Shown here piece by piece: positions 24,491 to 35,500 of a DNA stretch of 64,000 nt. Where the stretch lies: the NCBI GenBank assembly GCA_964036045.1, contig OZ038379.1, positions 19,220,001 through 19,284,000 of the forward strand, read 5' to 3'. The notes beneath the pieces are model-generated. The model ran no database searches and was not told the origin of the DNA. It worked only from the letters and a program-made list of their open reading frames with translations. Positions within the stretch are counted from its first letter, which is position 1. Each line of letters begins with the position of its first letter. The DNA is from Eutreptiella sp. 'Long Island Sound 2002'. Taxonomy: Eukaryota > Protista > Euglenida. Both the position numbers and the translations under genes were made by a program.

Positions 24491-25271
24491 TCAAAGCGAA
24501 GAAGAGCACCATCTTTTTTCATCAAATGAAGTGCCGCAGCGTTCGACCACCCGAATGTTCCATCGCTGGTGGCACAGCTCACAATCCCTACAACTGGTAC
24601 ACTTGTTGGAAGTGCACCCCAACCTGATAAGGTCACCCTTTGCCCCTTTCACGCTGAACCCATGCTTCGTGCAACTGGAGCGGAATATTGGTCCACTCAT
24701 GCATCCTACCTCTTTCCGTGGCCTTCAACACCGCCTCATCCACATGATACTTGAAGACCAACTGCGCGGCAGGGTTTGCAGAGGTAGAGGAGAGGGATGG
24801 AGGGTTATGAACGTCAGAGGAGCTACTAGCAATTTCGCCTGCCTGGTTCAAATCCTCATTGTCACTATCCTCGTCCTCATCCTCCAAACCAACCCCATAC
24901 ACATCCCGAATGTCGGCATCACGAGTTGCCCTCTTGGGGACAACCCACAAATCTTGAATGTTCAACGGAGCCTCTTCCTCTGCAACCTCTTCCCCGACAA
25001 CTTGCAAATCCTTGAAAGCTGCAAACCCAAGCAAACTACCATCCTCCACCTCAACCACATGCCCTTGCTTCCGCTTTTGTGGACAAAAAGGGGCCTCAAC
25101 CCAACTCTCCACTTGCACACCACCAACCCACTGAGATTCATCAAAATGTTTTTGCACATCTTCAATGAGAGTGCCACGAAACATGATTCGCCTGCCCTTG
25201 ATGGCGCTGCTCCCTACCTCAACACCGAACGATGCCTCCCAACCTCCTGGAAGCACACAAGAGGGCGGCAT
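24491..25271 (-). pseudogene. Decayed transposon-like ORF with acidic tract, SAP-like motif and Cys cluster
   Basis: Frameshifted frames give ...LEDEDEDSDNED... then SSCTKHGFSVKGAKGDLIRL (SAP-like) and CTSCRDCELCH. Confidence 0.3.
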
Positions 25272-25597
25272 GGCTACGTAACGCCTGCATTCTTGCGGGT
25301 CCCCAACAAAGGGGACAAAATCAGAAGTAGCTACCTCACCCCTGCCTTATCGGGTGCCCAAAAGAGGGTGGAATCGCTACGTAACCCCTGCATTCTTGCA
25401 GGTCCCCAACAAAGGGGACAAAATCAGAAGTGGTTACCTCACCCCTACCTTCTCGGGGGCCCAAAGAGGGCAAAATTGCTACGTAACCCCTGCATTCTGG
25501 GGGATCCCCAAAAAGGGGTTCAAAAAGGGCCCTCACCCGGCTAGTGGAAAAAAGCCCATAAGGGGGGTCCTTAAGGGCGGTTCTTAACAAAAAAAAA
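25272..25597 (+). mobile_element. SINE-like element with ~103-bp internal tandem units and an A-tail
   Basis: About 2.4 units of CTACGTAACCCCTGCATTCT...AACAAAGGGGACAAAATCAGAAGT...GGGCCCAAAAGAGGG, ending GGGCGGTTCTTAAC-A9. The same unit occurs at ~27245-27490 and ~29795-29900. Confidence 0.55.
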
Positions 25598-25950
25598 TCT
25601 CGGTCCCGAAGGACCGCCCTGCAATTGCCCCACCACGGAGGTGGTTTACGTGGCCTTCAGTTCTCGCTAGTAGTAGTTCCTTGATTGTTTGACTTTGGTC
25701 AGCTTTGTACACTAACCCGGCTCTGGGTCAGGTAGTTTGAGTGGCCCTTGCCACTTGCGCTTTCGTTGATCTCTGACCGATGATACATTGTGCCAATTGC
25801 CAATTGCCCCACAATGGGGGTTATTCAATCCTCGCTCAGTTCAGTGCCATAGGCAGTTCTTGGGAGCCCTCTGGACTCGTGTTCCATGCAGATTGAGACT
25901 AGTTGGAGAGGTCACTACTGCACAGTTCATCTCGGCGCCCTGTCTACTGT

Positions 25951-26755
25951 CTAATCTGGCTCCGGGTCAGGTAGCTCCAGCGGTGCATTCCGCATTCATA
26001 TCCGCCTGTGGCAGATTACTACAGACCTGTCACTGTCCGTATTGTCACCAGAGACGTGCACTGACGCCCGTCGCTTCACCCCTCTTCCTCTTACGTGCTT
26101 TTGCATGCCGCCCCTAGGGCCATCATCTGGCGCCCTCTTGGGCTCTACTGGTCAGTGTACCTTGGACTGTGCTGCCCCCTCCTTCGCCAGCTCATCAACG
26201 GCTTCATTGTATACTATCTTATTGTGACCACATACATGCGTCACCGTCACCGGCGCGCATCTGCTCCTGATAATAGATAGTACTTCCTCCCATATATCAT
26301 GGTGCCGCACTAGCTTTTTCCCCTGGGTCATCCACCCCCTTTTTTTGCACAAATCCAGGTTGTCAAAAATGTCTACACACCACTTAGAGTCACTATACAT
26401 GCACAACATTTGGTCTCCGCGCACCGCGCCCACAGCTGCTCTCACTGCAGACACCTCGGCTCTGTTGTTCGTTTGGGGCCCAACTACTGGTCGGCTGATA
26501 TTTGGTTACTCGCCATGCGGGAACTACACGCCATACCCTGCTTGCCCCTTTATTTCGGACCCAGGGGTCCCCATCCACCCACGCATGCAGTTTGTCATTG
26601 TCTAGCAAGAAGTCAGGGACTGTTTCTACGTCCAACGGGTCCAGCGACAGGTCCATTGTCACCGATCTATGTGCCTACTCGTCCCCCGATGTACAAGCTG
26701 GTGACCACGGTCCTTCAATTGAGTCGTCTGAGTTCCCCTCTAGCCAGTGCGTCAC
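25951..26755 (-). mobile_element. Non-LTR retroelement relic: RNase H domain pseudogene
   Basis: LHAWVDG/S..AGYGV*FPHGE*PNISRPVVGPQTNNRAEVSAVRAAV...YSDSKWCVD...KRGW...DIW...HVCGHN...NEAVDELAKEGA. All four RNase HI acidic motifs are present, along with stops and a 10-nt frameshifting insertion. Confidence 0.8.
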
Positions 26756-26758
26756 TTA

Positions 26759-28041
26759 CCCCCCCCCCCTTTGTCGTTCCCAGCCCCAGGGAAGACGGTC
26801 CCCACGGGTGGGCCGTCCCCTCGCTTTTAGACGCGACCCCCCCCCCCCAGTAGGAGTGGGCCGAAGGCCCCTGGGGGGGGGGGGGGGCTTTTTTCGGGGG
26901 GGGGCTAGCCGCCGAGGAGGGCTTCTCTAAGGGACTTGCTAGTCGCTGCTAGTTGCCGGGGGCGGAGGGGGGCTAGGGGAGGGGGTTAGCAGAGGTCTAG
27001 TTCAGTTTGGCAGAGACGCGGTGGCCTAAGGGGTTACTCTACGACAACGGAGGCCTCCACTCTACCTCCTCACCAATGCAAAGGTGGTTGTAGGCGCCCA
27101 CACCCCCTGCCTGGGGAGGGCAGTATATATATGCTGTCCCCTCCGACACGGCCCGTCACACCGGGGAGCAGCTGGGTGCCTGGCAGGTTGCCCAGGCCTA
27201 CGAGGCACCCGATCAGTTTTTTTTTTCCTTCGCTGTACACACAAGGTTGGGGCCCAAAAGAGGGCGGAAATGCTACATCACCCCTGCATTCTCGGGGGTG
27301 CCCAAGAAAGGGAACATAATCAGAAGACAAAGTCTACACTAGGGGTCACCATGATGCTCCACGCAACAAAGCGTGGATTCAAAGATTGTCCCGGTTTCCT
27401 CAATAGCACCGGAAGGTTGGGGCCCAAAAGAGGGCGGAAATGCTACATCACCCCTGCATTCTCGGGGGTCCCCAGCAAAGGGGACAAAATTTTCGGGCGC
27501 CTTCGGCGCCACCCTATGTATGGCTAGTAGCCATTGACCCTTGGTAACTAAGTGGGCCCGGAGGGCCCGGAGAGGGGGGGGGTCGCGTACCGGGACCGAG
27601 GAGACGGCCCCCCCGTGACGGTCCCCCACCACCCCCTGGGGGACGGTCACCAAGTGACGGTCCCCCACCCCCCCTGGGGGACCGCACTACCACTATACAC
27701 GCACATTTGCAGGCACAGAAATTGCAGCATAAAACGAGAGAATTCAGAATAAGATACATTCAAAGGGCTGCCAATGTACGGAGACCTACTCCTTGACCGG
27801 CTCGGTGTAAAATTTCTTGGTCCTGCTCCACTTCACCTTGAACTCTTGCACATGCTCTCCACTTTCCACTGGAATGCTTTGGGCAGCACTCTTGGGTGGT
27901 GGTTTTGCCTTCTTTGTAGGAGCCACTCACACTACAACACAATGAGCCGCAACGAAAACTTTTGGGTTGACCAAGTGACGGTCCACCCCCCCCCCCTGGG
28001 GAACGACAAGGGGTGGGGAACGACAAGAGGGGGGGGGGGGG
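26759..28041. mobile_element. Enlarged copy of the G/C-tract MITE family with nested repeats
   Basis: TA then CCCCCCCCCCCTTTGTCGTTCCCAGCCCC at left and GGGGTGGGGAACGACAAGAGGGGGGG at right. It contains CACCAAGTGACGGTCCCC motifs, the ORF remnant shared with 9457-9945, and two 103-bp units. The right TSD is unclear. Confidence 0.55.
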
Positions 28042-28109
28042 TCCCCCCCTAGGGGGGAGGGGGAGAAATCGCGTCTCATTGTCTGATTGCGACATACATT
28101 GTGTGTGTG

Positions 28110-28525
28110 TGTGTGTGTGTGATACACACCCCACTTTGCCCCACTTGCATGAGCTCGTCCTAGAAGACCTTTCTGTCCACCGGGTTCGGCGTGTGGACGT
28201 TCATCGGTGTCTCCTGCCCGCCAGATGGCAACTTGAGCTTCAGTCGCATCACCCTCTCATTAAGTGGCGGCGTCAATGGCACGGGGCCATGGTCGTCGAC
28301 TTCGATGTCGTCTTTCAGCAAAATCATAAGTCCCATATGTCTTGGCATGCAACCAGAATACTGTGTAAGTGTATTGCCTCACTCCCAATTCAACATCCGT
28401 CACTTGCCAGTCCATCAGCCCATTAACATGCATCTGTTGTACCATCAAGGCATCCAATCGCAGTTGGTTGGCCGCTTTCAGTATCTTGCAATACTTGTGT
28501 ACTCGGGACCAGAGGTAACTGTGAA
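28110..28525 (-). mobile_element. Non-LTR retrotransposon APE-type endonuclease relic
   Basis: Frameshifted frames give RLMIFNANGL...KYCKILKAANQLRLDALMVQQMH...LKLKLPSGG...MNVHTPNPVDRKVF*DEL, matching the NxNG / DxxxxQExH / NVYAPN..R..FW.EL motifs. Truncated by a (CA)n tract. A decayed Cys/His-rich ORF1-like frame lies upstream (~28525-29120). Confidence 0.65.
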
Positions 28526-29555
28526 CAAGCCATTCGCATTAAATATCATTAGACGCACATGTGTGTGTCTTCGCATAAGTACCCTATGTGGATGTGTTCC
28601 CCATGGCATTAACCTCATCCTCATGACACAGATCCCTCACACAGGTTTGCCGCGGTAGATGCTTGCCCATAGAAAAGGGGCCACGGCTCTCACGGCCCAA
28701 GGAACACTCATCACGTGAGATGGGGAACATGAGGTAGTCCAATGAGCAATTGGACAAATAGGAATGGGCAGATTGTTCAAATTGGATTGGCACACTGTGC
28801 AGGGTGGGTGACGGTGGTGGTGGTGGGCATATGCTCGTTCTTAGTGCCTTGCACATATAAAGCACCGCTGCCGAGCTCCAATAGTTCCGAATTCATTGAC
28901 ACGTGAGCTGTTGAGATGAGGGGAGATGACATGCTGCAACGTGAAATTTGTTTCATATGCCTGCATCCATCATGCAGCCCGGCACATCTTTGCCATTGGG
29001 TCTGGCCACAATCTGAGCGAGTCTTGTTCTCCTCGTTGGCAACGCAGCACGGCACCCTCATAGATGCGCCTTTCTCCCTTGAATGGCGCAGGCATTTCAA
29101 TTTGTATATGTACGGGACAAAGTATATCTAATGTGCCCCCCACCCCCACCATGGGCTTTCTGGACTGCTTGGTCAAATTCGAAGGGAGGGGCTTTTGTGC
29201 TATCATACTAGGGGGGAATGTTTGCCTAGCGCGCGCCTTTTCTATGGTAACTATCACCGTAGCTGTTTGTCATGAGTGTAAGGAGCACTATTGTACTGAA
29301 TGTATTGACACACACACTTGTGGGACCCATGTTGTTTGTTAAGTACAATACAAATGACAATTGGAGTTGCTGAATTCACGGATATTGCTTTATTATGCAA
29401 CGTGCTTTGTAGGGAAGGTGTGCAGTGCAATGTGGTCTACTTTGGGGGCTTCTCCATGAGAGGGTAAATCTGGGGCTGAAGTCGGAGCGCCTCTGGCAAC
29501 ACAACACACACACTTTTGCCTCATCCTCTGCCTCATCTTGCGTGGCGGCCGAGTT

Positions 29556-29764
29556 GCAACAAGGCGTGGATTGTGAGTCCCTAACCCCAACTCCAGGGGC
29601 CACGCAACAAAGCGTGGATTGTGAGTCCCTAACCCCAACTCGAGGGGCCACACAACAAAGCATGGATTGTGAGTCCCTAACCCCAACTCGAGGGGCCACG
29701 CAACAAAGCGTGGATTGTGAGTCCCTAACCCCAACTCGAGGGGCCACGCAACAAAGCGTGGATT
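29556..29764. repeat. 48-bp minisatellite, 4 full units plus a partial unit
   Basis: Units start at 29556, 29604, 29652, 29700 and 29748: GCAACAAAGCGTGGATTGTGAGTCCCTAACCCCAACTCGAGGGGCCAC. Confidence 0.95.
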
Positions 29765-30194
29765 CAAAGATTGTCACGGTTTCCTCAATAGCACCGGAAG
29801 GTTGGGGCCCAAGAGAGGGCGGAAATGCTACGTCACCCCTCGGGGTTCCCCAACAAAGGGGACAAAATCAGAAGTCAAAACCTACACTAGGGGTCCCCAT
29901 GATGCTCCTAGTATCTCAAAGTATGGGTCTCTAGTACAGGCAGACCCCCAAATAGCTGCACTGCGCTAAGTGTGCCCCCTTAGTGCACCCCCTAAAACGC
30001 CACTGGTGGGGCACGGGTCCCACCAGATGCCCGGCGCACGCCCGGCGCACTAACGTTCCCCCTAGCACCAACTAGGACCCCCGGCCTTGGTGGAAACCCC
30101 TTGGTGGAGACCCAGGGTTGCCTCACCCCCTGCCACCCTGTCTAACGCTCCATCCCATGCAGAGCAGACTTGTTCAGGGGACAAAAAAAAGCGA

Positions 30195-30720
30195 CCATGT
30201 ACCCCCCCCCCCCCGTAATCTCCCCCCAATGACTTGACGGTCCCCACCAAACCGTAACACTTCAAAACTGCAGCTGTGCATGCACAACAGCGCTAGTGTG
30301 AATCACATTGAACCATGATGTTACCCTCCTGGAGGGTACATCTGTGTGCGTGTCCTTTCCGCAGACTGTGTGAAACTTCTTTTTACGACTCCAAACAACC
30401 TTGAACTCCTGGACATGCTCAGTGGGCAATTCAGGTATAGGCTGAGGATTGGGAGACGAGGTAGGCTGCGCAGCTTGGTTTCCAGCCCTTTTGGCAGCTG
30501 GTTTGGCTGGCTTGGACTTGGCAGAAGAAAAGTCAGGGTGACGTTCCCACCCCCTGGGGGCTTCAATATGGTCAGGTTGCAGTGTCCGCATTAGGCTCTG
30601 GCCGTGCCTGCCCCACAGTTGTCATCGCCTTCTGTCCATTCGGCCGTAGCTTAGAGCCAACACAGTGCGAGTCCCCCGGGGGGAAGGGGGGGGGATTGCA
30701 AGGGGGGGGGGGGGTCAGGT
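30195..30720. mobile_element. Related TIR-family copy carrying the EHVQEFKVVWSRKKKFHT remnant
   Basis: C-tract and G-tract ends; ORF remnant at ~30340-30430 homologous to those at ~9760-9830 and ~27800-27870. Boundaries are approximate. Confidence 0.45.
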
Positions 30721-32538
30721 AGCACACACTTTCAAGATCAGCCTGAGCAGCCTGCATGGCCCCAAGGGACACTGTCACTGTCCTGAACCCATCCCACACT
30801 GGCACTTGCTAAACATGCTGAAACACCAATCACTGACTCCCCATGGGTGCTTGTTCTGTTGACCATATGTACAGAAAATGCCGCGGAAGCGTCTTGCTGC
30901 GCGTCCACCAAACACAGATGCCAAACACTGATTGTGTGACCGAACCTGTTGGGAACAATGGCCATGAAGAGGCCTAGGCCAAGCATCCTCCGCTTTTATT
31001 TGGGTGCAATTAGTGGCGGCCAAACGGTCGGGCCGCCAAACATGTGATTCCATGCAGCACTCCGGCGTCCACGAGACCTGCCCTATCAGCACCCCCTCAC
31101 ATTCGGCATGGCAATATTCATCAAAGCTGCACAGGTACAGCAGTGTTGGTAGATACAACATACCGCACACCATCCGTCTCTCTATCACCCCTCCTTTTTG
31201 TTGTTCATCCGCCAGTCCCAAGTGCGGCCGCTATCGGGGAGCGGAATCATGGCCACACCAGGGTCCGTAATGGTGTTTCTTGCTGGTCTGCCTGGGGTGT
31301 TTCACAAAGCCTTCCCCAGATTCCCAGTAGAGGTGTGCAGAGGTATCAACAACCAGTTACAAACCTTGTGCCACTCTACTGGATGAGTTGCAGTTGGGGG
31401 ACAACTGATGCTGGCTGCACTGCTGCGGAGGGGTGCCGGTATTCTCGTGCACTTCTTGTGCGTTTATTTCTGGTTGTTTTTACTGCCCCCCCCTCCCCCC
31501 GGGGGGATACATGCGCGGATGTGTAGAGACGTTGCCGAAGGAATGAGCAGGACAGAAGCACAGCCACCCAAGGGTGGCTTTGGTGGCCAAAGGCGGGCCT
31601 CCGACTGCCGGCTGCCGGTCCTAGTGCTTGGCGTCCAGGTGCAGAAGCAGCATTAAGTGACCAAGCATGGTAATCTGCTGGACCTCTGTGACCTCGTTCA
31701 CTTGATTGATACCCCCGCCCCCCAGCCTTTATGACAGCCCCCCCCCCCCCCATTGATGCAATGACCCGTGATGTTTCATCCTTTTCTTTTTCCAGGCCTG
31801 CACAGGCCCTGGGGTGCTGTAATTTCAGGCACTCGGGAAGAGCATGCCGGTATCTACATCAGCGGTGATGCCTGCAACCGTCCTTGGAAATGGCAGGTCC
31901 ATTGCCGCCGAATGAGGGGTCGCAGGTTTCCCTGGTATCTGATGCACGGTAGTGCAGCTGCAGCTGCCACGCCGTAGCGGTGCGTGCAGGAAACATGCGT
32001 TGCCACGGTAGCCTGCAGGTAATGTTTGTGCCAGTAATGATTCATTGTTTGACCATACGGTGGTTGGTACACTGTGTTTGAAGGCAACAGAAGCGCCGTC
32101 TGATCAGGGGGTGCTCATTGAACAGAACCGCGGGTTAACAACTGGCGGCGGAAGCAAAAACGCCGGGGCGTCGTCGCGCGGGGGGGGGGGGGGGGGGTAC
32201 GGACACGGTCACTTAGGGCGGTTGTCTGGATCGCCAGAACTCAATGCAACAAAATTTGTGGCAGGAACGGACCAACCGTAACTCTGGAACAAGCAGTACC
32301 CTGCCCTGCCAGGCCCCTGCACAACCGGCGCAGGCGGCCCAATGCAAGGTGGAAAGGCAAGTCTGTTGGGACAAATGGACACCCGCAGCACAAGGAATGG
32401 GCGATACCTCAATGCCCGAAACCTGGGCCTGGCAGAACAGGGTCCTGCGCGGGCGACAGGCACAGTGCGGCAGACGGATGTCGAGTGGAATGGATTGGCT
32501 CAGACTTACATGCGCCTTGGAAGTGCATGCAGCATGGC

Positions 32539-32539
<1 letters not shown>

Positions 32540-32588
<49 letters not shown>
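32540..32588. repeat. (GA)n microsatellite
   Basis: Direct reading. Confidence 0.95.
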
Positions 32589-32591
<3 letters not shown>

Positions 32592-35500
32592 GAGAGTGCA
32601 TATTTAGGAGCGTAGCCCTTGGGCTTGAAAGGCACTTATTCCCACCGCTGCTTCCCCGAGGGTCGTGTGGCAAGGTGCTTCGGCGCCGACAAAACAAGAG
32701 GCTCCACGGCTGACTCAGGTCATGTTTGCTCAGAGGTGCATGGAGCGTGGCCCAGAAATATATGACAGGTATGATATGGTACAAACATTGCCAGCTCCGC
32801 ATGCCATGGCCTGGGTTCAGGGGGGTTACCGGGTGGTCCTTGATGTTCTCCCAACACTGCAGGACGTCGGCACATTTGGGCCATGGGGGCTGCTGCGGTG
32901 TGACATGCTACGGCCCGGGCTGCTCCCATTTGTGGTGGTGGTGGGGTCTTGGCCGCAGGGGGTGGGGGTGAAGCCCCCTCCGTCCCCCTTAAAAATAAAA
33001 AGACGAGAGACCAAAAATGACATGGCTCTGAGGCCCAGGGAGGTTTGGTTTCTCTTCTCCCGAACAAACCGAAACGGGTGCACCCGGACCCGATGATGTG
33101 GCATCACGGTTTTTGGCTGGGGTCGCCTTGGCGGAGTTTCGGCCCTTTCCATGTGCAAAAAGAATGATTCATCTAATCGCAGTGGCTGCGTGTTGAGGGT
33201 GCCTCAACGCACCGCGCGCCTGCACTGAGCCCGCTGTCAAGAATTGGATTATTGCACCACTTTTTCGGGTAACAATGCCACACAAGCACCACAGAAAACG
33301 GTGACAAGGATCAACATAAAACACGGTAAAGACAGAATGGGTGTTGTCAACCAAATGTCTTCAGTCATATGCAGAAATTGTTCGTGTTCATACAGTGAAT
33401 GGCGATATATATGGACACCTATGCTTCATCCTCGCAAGGATCATCGGAGCATGAGGTGCCATTCTCATCACCTGAGTCATCACTGGACTGATGGCGACAC
33501 ACTCCGGGAAGGACGAGAGGCTCACAACAGTGGCAGGCACACGTTCCCCTGTGGTGCCTCTCAGATAAAAGACACTACTGCCGGGCCCCAAAGGTCAGCA
33601 TTCATTGCCATTTGTCCTGTTGAAAGAAAAGGAGGTGAAACCGGAAATTTCGAATCTACAAGGTGCCTTGCTGCCCAACTTGGGACCCCAACATGCTAGA
33701 TCCCACCCAAACACAACAATTGGGCACCAAAATGCGATGCTCAGGCCCCTATGACCGCTTTGGGGCAACATTCCATGGTACCACCATTCTACGCCAACCG
33801 GGCTAAAGTCGCACCGCGCGCCCGCACTGCGCGCGAGGCACCCTCGTTGTACAAGCAACAACGGCGGTGGTAGATGCTCCCGAAGTGGTACCACGAGACG
33901 CAGAAAGAAGTGGGCTTCGAGCTGTGCTGCCCTTCCTACCGATGCCCGTTGCAGGCAGTTTGCAGCTATGCACGATGGACAACCAGGGCACGCTTGTCCA
34001 AAAACTGCCATGCAAAGTGATGTGGGCTTGAGCCAGGCGATCGCACAGGGAGCATTGACACGTGGCGAGGATGGCGAAGGGCCCGCCGTAAAGAAAGCAT
34101 GTTGCACCCTGGGCCCTCCCCGGCGAAGAGCCAACGACCCTGGGTCCTGCTCATTGCATCCCGCCGTGTGCGGCTGAGTGTCTGCTTGCTCCAGGAGCGC
34201 ACCTCAACGGCACAGGCTGTGGTGACTGGACATGTGATGCTCAAGGAACATGCCAACCGCACTGCCTGGTCAGTCGCGTGTTCCGATGCTGGTCAATGTG
34301 AAACCGCTCTGTACACGTGTGCTCAACTTGAATACTCCAGACCAGTGGATCTGCTGCAGTGGGGCCCCGGACGCCTGTAGGGGAGGGGGGCGAGGGGCTA
34401 CATGCACCCCAGAGATGCCCCGGAAAGGAGATCCCATTCCCAAAAGACTGCCCTGGCGGCTGACTTCCGCTGATGCAGCGACACAAGAGGACGCCAAACT
34501 GTCCACAAGAGGCAAGGCGGTCAAAACATGACTTTAGTGGTTCCCACCGACTGACAACCAGCTCGCCCCCCCCCCGTACCTGGGGGTAGGGGGAACTCAG
34601 TAGCCTGCACCGGAGGCGGAATGCTGCTCATCTGAGCACGCCTTGGTGTGGGAACCCGCCTTCGACCCTCAGCGTGCGATGTGTGCCGGTAGCAGGCCAT
34701 CCCGCCCCAAAGGGGATTGGAGATGGCATCCCTTCAAACCCTTAAGGCCCAGGGGCGCATTTTGAAGAGGGTGCACGCAATGCTACCGACGTCGGTGAGG
34801 CCGCTCCGGCCACTGGCATTGGAAACTGACGACTCACCCTCAAAAGGGACCCCAGCACCACAACCGGCCTTGGGGGTTGCGGTCCTGTGGCGGTCCTCAA
34901 CAGCGTGCCGCGTCATCTAACGCATGGCGTGGCATACAAAGAAGACCGACATGCCCTGCTCATGCTCTGCGGTTGGCGGCATCACAAACGTTGGTCAAAC
35001 GGAGCAACAGTTGCGGAAACAGCAGCTCGTGCGGCCTGAACGAACCGCTGTCTGTGCGCATCGCCGTTGCACAACACAGCAGCGGAACTTCAGCCCCTGG
35101 AACGGCTGCGCCAGGACTTTTGACATTCACCTCTGCACAGCTACAGGGGCTACATGCGTAGCAGGCTCAAGGGACAGGACGTGGTACTGTCCAAAAAACA
35201 CATGATCACTGCTCATGATCCACCTCAACAGAAAATCAAGAGAGCAAAAGAGCCGTCAATTCCACACTTCCAAAAAAAGCGATGCCAGCAACACCTCTTG
35301 CCGGTCGGACAGGGGGGCTGCAACACCGGGGCTGGCAGCACAAAGCTGGCAGGTTACAGCTGTGCTTACATGTACAGTTCAGAGAAAGACCCCACTGCCA
35401 AAAATCGAGCGGGATCAGAGCCTCCGCCAGGCCTCCCGTGTTGAGCAGAGCCATGCACTTCAGGTGCTGACAGGGGCCGATTCACTCGGAGGCACGTGAC

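Noticed and set aside
24228-25544. 438-aa plus-strand ORF
   Set aside because: Antisense shadow of a decayed minus-strand ORF plus 103-bp repeats; no recognisable domain.
29556-29764. CRISPR-like regular repeat
   Set aside because: Units are contiguous 48-mers with no unique spacers, there are no cas genes, and the context is eukaryotic.
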